DNA from: Batkoa obscura
Lineage: Eukaryota
Direction of reading: 5' to 3'
DNA: 64,000 bases
Assembly: GCA_030770535.1 (NCBI GenBank)
Contig: JASVEC010000002.1
Span: 1,488,001 to 1,552,000, forward strand
The translations under genes and the position numbers were made by a program. Positions 12,090 through 24,045 of the stretch are shown here, piece after piece. Under the pieces are notes generated by a model. The model saw nothing but the letters and a program-made list of their open reading frames with translations. It was not told the DNA's origin and did no database searches. The first letter of the stretch is position 1, and the number at the start of each line of letters is the position of its first letter.

Positions 12090-12749
12090 ATGAACACCAA
12101 ATTAATTTTAGCGTTATTCATTAATTTAACTTTAAGTCGTTCAATTGATTTGATTCGACGTCATGGAGATGAAGATCATGGTAGTATGAGTAATATGCCA
12201 ATGGGACAAGATATGGCTACAAACAACAACGGTAATAACGGCGTTGTTCTAAACAACCCAAATACAGCTACCCCACATGCCGCAATGTTAAATACCGATG
12301 CTAATATTCAAGTCCAAGAAGAGAATTACCAGATTTATACTAATCCAAATGGGATTTATAAATGTAAAGCTACTTATCCAGAAGATGGAAGTAATCAACC
12401 AACCCAACAAAGCCAAAATAATCAACAGACTCAACAACAGAATCAGAATAACCAACAGAATCAGAATAACCAACAAAACCAACAACAGAATCAGAACAAT
12501 CAACAACAAAGTCAACAAAATAACGGACAAACTCAAAATAACCAACAGACACAACACCAAACCCAGCAAGCTGGACACTCGGATGGCCATCAAATAAATA
12601 CTCAGCAACAACCCAAGGGTGATTATAGTCCTAACAAAAGCGATAAAGCCATACCTGAAAAGAAAGGAGGGATGTTAGGGGGTTTACCTATTGTTGGTGA
12701 TTTAGTTTCATCTTTAGGATTAGATTCTTTATTAGGCGGTATACTTTAA
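12090..12749 (+). CDS. Secreted prepro-protein, family B paralogue
   Basis: Signal peptide, LIRR|HGDEDHGSM, YTNPNGIYKCKATY, Q/N tract, EKK then GGMLGGLPIVGDLVSSLGLDSLLGGIL. Confidence 0.9.
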   Translation: MNTKLILALFINLTLSRSIDLIRRHGDEDHGSMSNMPMGQDMATNNNGNNGVVLNNPNTATPHAAMLNTDANIQVQEENYQIYTNPNGIYKCKATYPEDGSNQPTQQSQNNQQTQQQNQNNQQNQNNQQNQQQNQNNQQQSQQNNGQTQNNQQTQHQTQQAGHSDGHQINTQQQPKGDYSPNKSDKAIPEKKGGMLGGLPIVGDLVSSLGLDSLLGGIL

Positions 12750-12840
12750 GTTGTTAAGTGAGTATTTATATTATGAAAATTAATAAAAAAAACAAATCTA
12801 CTTATTATTGCTAAATTTACTTTTTTTTTCCTTACTATAT

Positions 12841-12939
12841 GGGAGTGTCTTTTTTGACTTCATTATTTTTTCCATTCTTTAAGTGCTATTTAAGCGGAAA
12901 ATTTGTTAGTAAGATTCTTAAATACAAAAATACATCCCC
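12841..12939. mobile_element. ~98 bp MITE
   Basis: Family sequence; ATAT TSD. Confidence 0.9.
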
Positions 12940-13074
12940 ATATACTAGTATTTTCATAATTTATTACTTTTGCTCTTATGTTATTACTAAATTGTACTTT
13001 GAAAACAAGCAAAAAAGTATTAATATATAACTTTCTAATAATATTAATTTTATACATAAATTTAAAAATTATTT

Positions 13075-13166
13075 GGGGATATATTTTCAGATTTAAGAAT
13101 TTTACTAACAATTTTTCCGCTTAAATAGTACTTAAGATAAAGAAGTGAAGCTAAAAAAACACTTCC
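13075..13166. mobile_element. ~98 bp MITE, inverted relative to 12841 copy
   Basis: Family sequence; ATTT TSD. Confidence 0.85.
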
Positions 13167-14086
13167 ATTTAACTAAAATTAAAAATCGATTAAATTTTGA
13201 ATACTTATAAAGTTATTTATTTAAAAAAATAATCTTTCTTAAATAGGTTGATCTTATTAATTTTTTTGGTTTTTATTTAATACATACAAATTTTCAAATT
13301 TTGAATTAAATTATGAATATAATAAAATCATAGCTTTTAAATCAACGTAAACCAAAAATAAGATTTAAAATATTTTTTATTCATTTACTATATAAATATT
13401 AGATTTATAAATATGATTTTTATTTTCTTTTTTAATGCTATTTCAATAGTTTATAATAACCTTTATTTATTTCTTCGTTTTTAAGAAAAAAAACGTAGAA
13501 TTTTAATTATTTTCAGCTTAAATAATTTATTCAAACTTTTTTTATTAAAATTTAAAGTAAAAAGCAATTTTTTATTTTTACTCCTCTTTATTTTTATAAT
13601 TAACTAAAAAATTAATTATTTAAGTTGTTTATTTATTAGCTTCTTATTTAAACTTTGTTTGTTTTAAATTTTTGCTTTTATAAATAATGTCTATATAGCT
13701 TAAAAGTTCCACAGATACTATCTTAATAGTTTTGTACAAAAAATTTACTGCTTTATCAATGATATAAAAATTAATGTTAATAAATTCTAAGTATTAAATC
13801 TAAACTCTGACTTGGCTATTTATTGAATTATTTTTACTTTGTCTAATTTATCTGTTTGCTGTTTAAAAATATTGATTAAAACTTTTAGTATTAATAATGT
13901 TACTATGTTTAATAATAATTTTATTAAGTTATTTAATGAACTGATCTTTTAAATATTATAGAATTTTTTTAATTAAAAACAAAACTTTATTTCTAAATAT
14001 AATAACACTTTTTATTTTTTAACTTATATTCCATATATTTAAACTTATTAAACTATAATTAAAGCAAATTGATGTTATTATAAAAT

Positions 14087-14183
14087 GGGGATGTGTTTTT
14101 GTATTTAAAAATTGTACTAACAATTTTTCCACTCAAATAGCGCTTAAAAGATGGAAGAAGTAATGAAGCCAAAAAATAGCTCT
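14087..14183. mobile_element. ~98 bp MITE
   Basis: Family sequence; right end degenerate. Confidence 0.8.
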
Positions 14184-14865
14184 ATATTATAAATAACTTT
14201 AATATTATTAGTAAATTTTTAGCTTATTTTGGTTTTTTTATATTTTTATCATTTAAATACTAGTAACTTTTTATTTTATTAATTTAAATTCTCTTTACTT
14301 GTATCAACATTTTAGTTTTATATTTTTATTTCAATTTTGTTTTATTTTTAGCACTTTTTTGTTTTGACTTTTTTAGAGTTTATGTTTTATTTTTTTTAAC
14401 ACAATTTTCATTTTGTTATTATTTTATAAACTTTATATAAAAGCTATATATTTTTTTAATTTAATTTTTTTAAGAAAATAGTTTTTTTTTCTTTTATTAT
14501 TATATGAGATCTATTTAAATATTGAAAATAAAGCAGTTTTTATTTTAGTTTTTCGATTTTTTAAAAATAAAAAAGCCCCAGCTTATTTCTTATCTTATTA
14601 AATAGTATTTCATAATAATATTATTTCTTAAATTTATTAATTCAAATACTTGTGTTTTATTTTAATCAATAAAATATTTAAAATTTTAGCATTTTAAAAG
14701 CAAAAAAGATTAAATTTTTATAAAATTTATTCACCCTCTAATTAGCTAACTTTGGTTATCTCAAAAACAATTAAAATGTTTTATAAAATAAATATTGAAT
14801 TTATTCAAATACTAACATGAATTATTTTCTGTTTAAATAAAATGTTATCTCAATTTTTAATATAT

Positions 14866-14963
14866 GGGGATGAATTTTTGTGTTTAAGAATTTTACTAAC
14901 AATTTTTCCACTCAAATAGGGCTTAAAAAATGAAAAAAGTAATGAAACCAAAAAAAGATCCCC
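14866..14963. mobile_element. ~98 bp MITE
   Basis: Family sequence; ATAT TSD. Confidence 0.9.
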
Positions 14964-15307
14964 ATATATAATTTTATTTCCTTTGGATAATAAATTTAAA
15001 ATTTGCTAATGTATAATAGTTATAGGTAAAGACCATATTAAAAAAAACTATACAGTGGTAGTATAGATAAGCAATGAAGGAGCAGGGGAAAAAACGTTAA
15101 TTGATGCTACCTTGAGTGGTAGACTGGAAATTTTAACCAAAATAAACTTTCAATTCACGTTCGATGATAGCAACTTTGATTTATCTTCCTTACAATTTTA
15201 ATCTCAATTCCAGCCAATCAATCCACTTAAAATTACGACCAATAAAATAACTCCTAAACTATAATGGGATTTCAAACAACACTGTCCATTTTAACTTCAT
15301 TTTCAAA

Positions 15308-16416
15308 ATGTATAGAACAAGCCTACTACAAACTGGTAGGCGTCAACTTAACCCTATAAAGTTAGATGTCAGAAGTTTTGTCAGCCCATCAACACCATTA
15401 TTGAAAAATAATTTTACTAATAGCTATGAAAAAAAGTTAACATCTCAACTTGATATATCGGCCATCAAGAGTGCACCCAAAATTGAACAAAGTGTAGAAG
15501 AAGATAGACCAAGTTCCAAGTCTTACTTCACTGGTAATACTACTTATTATGATTTAATTGTTGGTTTAGATCAATGTTTGGAATATTATACTCCAAATGA
15601 TCCATTTTATTCGGATAAATTACAACCTACCGATATTGTACCTTATAAAGAGAGACAATTTTATTGGTTATCTCATAATGCTATGGCAAGTTATTTAAAG
15701 ACTGATTTAACCAAAAACCAATATCGTTCCATTATTGCTAGATTAGATAGGATAGCTGAAAATGATGTTAATCGTTTACAAAGTTTACCACAAAGTTTAA
15801 GAGAGTATTTAGCTAAACTCTCTGCTAGTGGTAGTTTACAAGAACAACAAAGAAAGGTAGTCCAATTAGATTCTATGGGTAGAGCTTATTCCGTTGGTTA
15901 TCGTAAAGAAGCTTCTGTTAGATGTTGGTTAGTTAAAGGTGAAGGGAAATTGATGATCAATGGTACTCCATTGGCTGAGTATTTTGGTAGATACTTAGAT
16001 AGAGAAAATGCTGTTTTGCCATTGGCTTTAACTAATAGTTTGAGTAAATATAATGCCTGGTTAATTGCTTTAGGTGGTGGTACAACAGGTAAACTTCTTT
16101 ATGGCTTTTAAACAAAATATTTATTTTTTGGTTAGGTCAATCTCAAGCTACTTCATTAGCTCTTGCTAAAGCTTTGATTGTTCATGAACCTGAATTGGAA
16201 ACAGTTTTAGAGGAAGGTAAGGGTTTTGTTTCATTTTTTTAAGGAGTTTCATTAAAATTTCTTTAGCCAAATTATTATATAGAGATCCAAGAGTGGTTGA
16301 ACGTAAGAAGACTGGTCAACCTAAAGCACGTAAGAAGTTTACTTGGTAAGAAATTTGAACTAATTATTGTATTAAGTTGATATTAACCTTATTTTTACTA
16401 TAGGGTTAAAAGATAA
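15308..16416 (+). CDS. MRPS9: Mitochondrial ribosomal protein uS9m; exons 15308-16088, 16136-16216, 16267-16345, 16404-16416
   Basis: GYRKEASVRCWLVKGEG, GGGTTGQSQA, RDPRVVERKKTGQPKARKKFTWVKR after removing three GT-AG introns. Confidence 0.95.
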
Positions 16417-16922
16417 ATTGTTTTTTTTAATAAAGACTATTTTTATGAAAGTTGACATTTTCAAACATTTATAAATTTTCAATAGTTGCTAGATATTAGT
16501 AAGCAATATATTAAATATATCATCCCTTATATTATAGTCGATCTTTAATCTATTTTAGTTTCTAATTTATCATACTACCTTAAATTCCAAACCAAATATG
16601 TTTTTACACCTTTTTCCGAAAAAGCTGAGTAAATAAAAATTAAAAATGTGTCAAAAACTAAATATGATTGAGTTTAAATGTACACTAACTAAATGTTTAT
16701 TTAAAAATAAGGTTTAGATCTTAAACTACAGATAGTGTAACAATACATATCGTTGATTTTCAAAATAAGTGCAAAATAACGCTGATTTGAAATTAAAGTG
16801 TGTCTTTTTAACTCAATCATTTTGGAAAAAGTAATTCTTACTTTAAAAATAGTGCTTAGCAAACTAAAAAGTAAAGCTAAAATCCAAAAAATCGCAATCT
16901 TTTTGAAATATAATTCATAGAT

Positions 16923-17993
16923 ATGAGCGAAACAGATAATAAAAAAACAAGCAGTATCAATAAAGTCCCAACGAGTAGTAAAAGAATCCAACGATCGGAT
17001 TATATAGATTATGATTTAAGTAAAATGGTTGATAGTAAAGGAGGTTTTCTAATTGAAGAAGAAAATCCCCAAGTTAAATTAAATCAAGTCGAACCTATTC
17101 TATTAAAAGATATACGTAATGATTTATTTATCAATTGAATTTATATTAGTCCAAATTTTTCTATATGAAGAATATTAATAATTCAATAATTAGCTGAAGA
17201 TAACGATCGCTGCAAAGAGTGTCAAAAATTAGGAGTTGATCCCTTATTTTTTCAATTATTTAAAGTATCAGTTTGTAGTGATTGTAAAAAATCAGTAACG
17301 GAAAAGTATTCCTTATTAACAAAAACAGAAGTAAAAGAAGTAAGTCTTGAAATATTTATAACATCTTATTTAGTTTTTAAATTTTTTAAATCGCTATTTT
17401 TTTATTTAGGATTATTTGTTAACTGAAGGTGATTTATAAAAATATTACTATTTATTTTGAAATTTTTTTTATTAATACAATCAACCAAAAATTATTAGAT
17501 GAATTAAGAGATAAAGATTTATTTAATTGTTGGAGTAAACCAAATCCAAGAAAATCAAGTTGGAATAATATGTTGTTATATTTAAGGGAACAAGTAAATA
17601 GTATAAATAGATAAAACTATAATAATATTAATAAAACATTACCATATTAATACTTTAATAATAAAAGGTAGAAATGTATGCCTATAAAAAATGGGGCGGT
17701 AGTGAAGGCTTAGACGCTGAATTAGAACGTCGAGAAATGGTAAAAAAAAAGAAAAAAGCAGATAAATTTAAAAATAAATTAAAAGGTGACTAATCAATTT
17801 TTCAACAATCTTCAAAGTAAAATTAATATTGATTTTTTTATTTCTTTATTTAGATTTAAGAAAAAGGACTCGTACTGAAACTTGGGAACAGCAACGTCCA
17901 AAAATACAAGTTCATGAACATCAATTTATTCAAGGGGAAACTGAAGGCAAATGCACAATTTGTGGATTGAAAGTGGAGATGGAAACATTTTAA
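16923..17993 (+). CDS. RAD14: Nucleotide excision repair protein Rad14/XPA (multi-exon)
   Basis: YIDYDLSKMVDSKGGFL, CKEC..CSDC zinc finger, YSLLTKTE, KPNPRKSSWNNMLLYLREQV, KKWGG, HEHQF..CTICG across short exons. Confidence 0.93.
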
Positions 17994-18897
17994 TGGAAGT
18001 GGGTTGGGGTATATGATAGATTAAAGGGGGATTAAAGTGATGGAATAGGGCTAGGAAACAGAAGTATTATAGGCTTCGAATAAACACAAAGATATTATTT
18101 AAGATAATTATTAATTTTGTCTACTTGTTGATTTAGTAAAAGAAGGTAGATGTATTTTGTTAAGATTCTAAAAGTAATTTAATAGAAATCTTTAATAAAA
18201 ACCATCCAGTGTATCTTCAACTTATTTTTAAAATATTTGATTTGTTTCGAAGCTTTTAAAAATCAATAGCATCTATGGTTAATGTTTTACTATTTTGTTT
18301 GTTTTGATTACAATTTCAAGTTTAATATCTTTTTATTAACTTAATAATATCAATTTATCATTATTTATTAGAATCAATTATGAATTTGCTTAATTGAAAT
18401 TTAAATAGTTTATTACATAAAAATTTCTATTTATAGTAAATCATTCAATCTCAGCTTTTAAAATCAACTAATCTTTTGATATTAGTTTTAAAAATTAAAG
18501 CCAAAGGGCTTTGTGTTTATTAGCTTATAATGTTATGAAAGTGGAGTGATTAGGGAGGAACAAATTCAAACAAAGATTAATCTTTTGATATTGTCAATAA
18601 CATTCAGTATTTTTTTAATTAAAAATCCGAATAGATGAACCTCAATATAATAAAATAATTCAACTCAAAGGCAATATTTTGATTAAAACATCTGATATTG
18701 ACCTTTTAAAATTCCACCTTCTAATTTGATTTAACAAAAAACAAAATGGTTCCCAATATTTTTGTTAAAAGTTAAATTCAAATACAAAGTAAAATTAAAT
18801 TTGATAATAAATTAAATTAAATAACTTATATTCATTTAAGTCAATTAATAATTTTTTCAGAGGTTTAATTAAATTTAATGAAATAAAAGAAACAAAT

Positions 18898-18996
18898 GGG
18901 GATGTATTTTTGTGTCTAAGAATTTTACTAACAAATTTTCCGCTTAAATAGCGCTCAAAAAATGGAAAAAATAATGAAGTCAAAAAAAACACTCCC
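18898..18996. mobile_element. ~98 bp MITE
   Basis: Family sequence; AAAT TSD. Confidence 0.9.
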
Positions 18997-19300
18997 AAAT
19001 ATTAGAGTTATTTAAATAGCTGATTAGATATTGTGTAGATGATATATTAATATTTAGAAGTGAAAGTTGGTATAAATTATTAATGTTTATAGTTTTTAAC
19101 TATATTAAGTATCTTAAACTTAATTTTTCAAATAACATTAAAGTAAAAGAATTTTATACAAATTTATTTATAGATACTTAATTTATCTATCTAAAAATTA
19201 ATATATGATATCAACAAAAAAGATAATTATATACAATTATCTTCAAAAATAATATATATAAACTCAACATTTATTCAATGATTAAATTTATAAAACAATA

Positions 19301-20866
19301 ATGAATTACATAATCATAATATTATTCTGTTTTCTTAATGCTCTTGATAGTAAAATCCATTATTATTCATGGGAAGTTAAAGATCAAGATATTGCAGTAG
19401 ATAATTTTAATTTTGAAGGTATAACTATTAATGGAGTTTATCCAGGTCCTACTATTGAAATTGAACAACATGATCAAGTTAATATATTAATTAATAATCA
19501 AAGTCATCGAAATATAACTATTCATTGGCATGGAATTGAGCAGAGAAATAGTAACAATATGGATGGTGTACCTGAATTAACCCAAGCAAGGATCTTAACA
19601 AACAGTTCATTTAAATATCAATTTAACGTATATAAACAAAGTGGGACTTATTGGTATCATGCTCATACTGATTTGGATATTCAAGTAATTTATGGGGCAT
19701 TGATTATCAAAGAGAAGTTTCTAAAAGAGTTAATTGAATACAATGAAAACTATTATTATGATGAGGAATTTACTTTAATTTTAAGTGAACGTTGGCATAA
19801 AAATACCAGTTTAATTTATCATGATTTATTAAATCCACCCTTTCAGTTTCCATTTCCATCCCAATCTATCTTAACTAATGGTAGAACTTTTGATGTTTGG
19901 GAAAACAATACTAGCACTAAAGAAAAGGATTTGTTTAATGAGGGTTATTATGTAAAAAATGTAGATTTTAATAAAATTTATCGAATTCGAATTATTGCAG
20001 CTAATGGACTATCTAATTTAATCTTTGAAATTCAAAATCATATAGAATTCAAAGTAATTGAAGTAGATGGCACTTTGATTGAACCTATATTAACTAATCG
20101 AATTGAATTACATCCAGCACAGAGATATTCTATATTAGTTAAAATGAATCAACCTATTAATAATTATTATATGATGACTAGAATTACAGGTAGTAATAGT
20201 AATCCTCTATTACCTAATAATGGAGTAGCAATATTACATTATAATGGAGCAGAACCAACAGATAAATTAAAGAAAAAGTTGTATGTGCCTGAGAGATTAA
20301 ATTTAACTGAGAATTTATGGATTTTACCTAAATTGAAAAATTCACAATTTTATCGAAGCAATTGTATCGATGTTCAAGATACTCATATTTATCAAGTACC
20401 TAAACAAATTGATCAGGAAATTATTATCAACATTACTAATGGAATAGCTAATAATGTACCTAAATTTCTAATTAATAATCAATTGGAAAATAAAAATTAT
20501 TTTATAAAAAATAATACTAATATACAAATTATATTACAACATTTTCAACCCATAGGAGGTAATTGCGTTACTCATCCTTGGCATTTACATGGTCACTCTT
20601 TTTATGTAGTTTCCAATGGCACTTTACCTTATGATCCTTCTACTGACTCAATCAAGATTCAAGATACTATTTTATCTCATAAAAAGAATCTTGTATTACA
20701 AGATACGTTTACTCATTTTGCTAACCCAAGGACTGTGGGAGATGTTGTTTTCTGTGGCTGGTATGCTATCCGACTTAAAGCTGATAATCCAGGAAAATGG
20801 TTATCTCATTGCCATATTAATCCTCATTTAGTAATGGGTAAGAGTTTTGTATTAAATTATAATTGA
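19301..20866 (+). CDS. Secreted multicopper oxidase (laccase/ascorbate oxidase-like)
   Basis: Signal peptide and four Cu motifs: HWHG, WYHAH, HPWHLHGH, HCHINPH. Confidence 0.95.
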   Translation: MNYIIIILFCFLNALDSKIHYYSWEVKDQDIAVDNFNFEGITINGVYPGPTIEIEQHDQVNILINNQSHRNITIHWHGIEQRNSNNMDGVPELTQARILTNSSFKYQFNVYKQSGTYWYHAHTDLDIQVIYGALIIKEKFLKELIEYNENYYYDEEFTLILSERWHKNTSLIYHDLLNPPFQFPFPSQSILTNGRTFDVWENNTSTKEKDLFNEGYYVKNVDFNKIYRIRIIAANGLSNLIFEIQNHIEFKVIEVDGTLIEPILTNRIELHPAQRYSILVKMNQPINNYYMMTRITGSNSNPLLPNNGVAILHYNGAEPTDKLKKKLYVPERLNLTENLWILPKLKNSQFYRSNCIDVQDTHIYQVPKQIDQEIIINITNGIANNVPKFLINNQLENKNYFIKNNTNIQIILQHFQPIGGNCVTHPWHLHGHSFYVVSNGTLPYDPSTDSIKIQDTILSHKKNLVLQDTFTHFANPRTVGDVVFCGWYAIRLKADNPGKWLSHCHINPHLVMGKSFVLNYN

Positions 20867-20971
20867 TTGAAAAATAAATTATAATTATATTATAAAGTTT
20901 AGTCATTTTTTATGTATAACTTTTTTCTTTTTAAAAAGCTTTTATATCCAATGTTTTACTAAATTTAATTT

Positions 20972-21068
20972 GGAAATGTTTATTTAATTATCATTTTTTC
21001 CATCTTTTAAGCACTATTTAGTCAGAAAAATTGTTAATAAAATTCTCAAACAAAAAAATACATCTCCC
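20972..21068. mobile_element. ~98 bp MITE, degenerate
   Basis: Family core ttccatcttttaagcactatt...aaaatacatctccc. Confidence 0.7.
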
Positions 21069-21621
21069 ATCTAAAATATCAATACCAATTAAAGTAAGTG
21101 TAGGAAATCCTAGCATTTACAACCAACTTTATAAAAGTGTAAAAAAAGAATGTGGACTTTGTATAATTTTGACAAGTTAAAGAAAAACAATATAACTCTT
21201 TGTATTTAATATTTATAAATTTATTTATAAGAGTTGGCAATCGATATTTATGAATTTTTCACTATTGCTTGAAAAGGTGATTTCATAAAAGTTTTTTAAA
21301 TAATTTTATTTTAAAGCTTCTAACTTTTTCCATAATCTTTTGTTAAATAAATAAATAAGTAAAAGCAATTAAAATGTTAACTCAATAGGACCAAGCTAAA
21401 AAAAACCATTATTATTTATTAATTTTAATAAGTTTTATATATTATCTTTAATAAATTTGGATATAATTTTCTGTTTTTATTTTATTTAGTAGTTAACATT
21501 ATTTTGCTTTTTTAAAACAATTTTTTAATTTACATTATTAAAATTAGAAATGTCATTAGATTAGAAATATTTTAATAAGTGATATTATTATAAAAGCTAT
21601 TAAAACTTAAACTATAAATGG

Positions 21622-22083
21622 CGTGAAATCTGGTACTCAGTGATTGGAGCCAAAAACAGCTATTGCCTGGCTGACTATACTATAAGTCGAAATGTCTTAG
21701 TTATGTGACTAAGATAGACTTGGATTATGAGGAATAGCACGTAATAGACTACGAATTATGTAAGATAAATAGAATAGATATTACTACTGTAAAATCTACG
21801 TAAAATATTATTAAGAAAACTTAGTAGCTTTATTAAATGTTCGAGATATCAGGAAGTGGTTCAGTTGAAAAGCCTCGAGCTACTATGTTTTAGAATCTCT
21901 TTTATACTCCTACAAGTATATGTATCAAAACGAGGGGATAATATCTTTGAGACGAAGATATAAATTCTCATAGCAAATCAAAATAAGAACATGGGATTAA
22001 TTGCCTCTAAACTTGAGAACACAACAACTTAGGCGATCATTATGCTGTAATTAACTATGAGGCTGACAAAGCGATATTTCACA
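21622..22083. mobile_element. 462 bp (T/C)GTGAAAT...ATTTCACA element
   Basis: 8 bp terminal inverted repeat; ATGG duplicated; inserted at the terminus of a MITE. Confidence 0.9.
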
Positions 22084-22085
22084 AT

Positions 22086-22177
22086 GGGGATGTATTTAAG
22101 AATTTTACTAGCAAGTTTTTCCACCTTAAATAACGCTTAAAAAATGGAAAAAATAACAAAATCAAAAAAACACCCCC
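22086..22177. mobile_element. ~98 bp MITE hit at its left end by the TGT..ACA element
   Basis: Family sequence; right TSD AAAT matches AAAT at 21616-21619. Confidence 0.85.
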
Positions 22178-22631
22178 AAATATAAGTTTAACTTGAAAAA
22201 ATAAAGTTTATATATCATTTACTGATTTTTATAAATAAGTTCACAAATTTATAAATACATAAGGTTATATAAATTTTATTTTGAATTTTTGTAAAGTTTT
22301 CGCTTATTTTATCAATTGTTTTTCAAAAATCAAAATTTTTTAAAACTGTTAACAAATTTATTTTTTTATAAAACAGATATAGGCATAAAAAATAAAAAAT
22401 TTACTATTGAAATCTTATAGTAATCAATATTTTTTTAAAATAAACTAGCTTTTATATTTTTAAACCTAACTAAATTAGAAAGATAATTAAAAATTTTAAA
22501 ATAAAAAATCAAATTGTTTAAACATTAAGTTATTAATATTTATTTAAACATAAATATAAATATAAATTTGTAAATAAACAATATATATAGTAGTTAAGCA
22601 AATTATATGGGTAATCAAAAAAATAACTTAT

Positions 22632-22727
22632 GGGGGTGTTTTTCGGCTTCATTATTTTTCCCATCTTTTAAGCACTATTTAAGCGGAAAATTTGTTAGTA
22701 GAATCCTCAAATACACAATATATTCCC
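22632..22727. mobile_element. ~98 bp MITE
   Basis: Family sequence; TTAT on both sides. Confidence 0.85.
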
Positions 22728-23067
22728 TTATGTTATTAAAAAGTTGTATAAACCATTATAATTAAATATAATTGAAAAATAAAATTATTAAATTAAATAT
22801 AATAAAACTTAGAAAGTTACTATACTAAAAAGTTTTCTTATATTTTAGATTAAAGTATTACATAAAAATATAAATATTAAAATGTCAAAATAACATTTTT
22901 TATATTAATAAGTAAAATTTTTTATAATATAAATAAAAAACATGTTTAATTTTATTAGCAAAGTCACTTAAATTTAAATAAGCATTATAATGTAATCAGT
23001 TGTTAAAATAATAAAATAATGTTTTAAATAATATGATTTTATCGAAAAAACTTAAAATTTAATAAAT

Positions 23068-23154
23068 GGGGATGTATTTTTTTGTTTAAGAATTTTACTA
23101 ACAATCTTTTACTCAAATAATGCTTAAAAATGGAAAAAGTAATGATACTAAAAA
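23068..23154. mobile_element. ~98 bp MITE, right end lost
   Basis: AAAT GGGGATGTATTTT start and family core. Confidence 0.8.
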
Positions 23155-23174
23155 GTAATAGACAACTAATATGG

Positions 23175-23638
23175 TGTGAAATATCGCTTTGTCAGTCCCA
23201 TGGTTAATTATAGCATAACAATCGCCTAAGATGTTGTGTTCTCGAGTTCAGAGAAAATCAGTTCCACGTTCTTATTTTGATTTGCTATGAGAATTTATAT
23301 CTTCGTCTCAAAGATATTATCCCCTCGTTTTGATACATATACTTGTAGGAGTATAAAAGAGATTCTAAAACATAGTAGCTCGAGGCTTTTCAACTGAACC
23401 ACTTCCTGATATCTCGAACATTTAATAAAGCTACTAAGTTTTCTTAATAATATTTTACGTAGATTTTTACATTAGTATTGTCTATTATATCTGTCTTATA
23501 TAGCTTGTAACCTATCACGTGCCATTCCTCATAATCCAAGTCTATCTTAGTCATATAAACTAAGACCTTTCAACTTATAGTGTAGTCAACCCAGCAATAG
23601 CTGTTCTTGACTCCAAACCCTGGGTACCAGATTTCACA
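23175..23638. mobile_element. 464 bp TGTGAAAT...ATTTCACA element, inverted relative to 21622 copy
   Basis: Terminal inverted repeat; ATGG/ACGG flanks. Confidence 0.9.
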
Positions 23639-24045
23639 ACGGTAAAAATGCTTATAATAATAATGGATTTTATTGTTTTCAGTAATAACAAATAAGTAAT
23701 AAATAATCCTTGTTGAACAGTTGTGTAATGATATGAACAATTATAATGCATATTTTCTCAAAGTTTAACAAAAGTAGAATGATAATTCCTATCATCTATT
23801 GAAACCTATTTACATTGTAACATAATGAATGAAGTGATTTTAAAAGCAGCATCTTGAGACTAACTGACATACAATATTATATATACTGTTTAGTGTTTAT
23901 TTATTATTAATATAGTAAGCTAACAACAAGCAATATATAATCTTTCAAAACAAATATATCACAAAATATTTATTTAGCTCTAGAATTTTTCACAATCGAA
24001 CTAGAAAAAAGATTGTTTAAAAAGTTGTAGCTCTAAAATTTTTCT

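Noticed and set aside
13200..14850. Extremely AT-rich T-skewed tract (A-skewed counterpart at ~5650-6450)
   Set aside because: Probably heavily decayed transposon DNA, but I could not support any motif, termini or frame.
20838..20910. Possible terminal intron in the laccase at GTAAGA
   Set aside because: Nearby AG acceptors do not restore a G-M/L/F ending, and the unspliced frame ends at a normal position.
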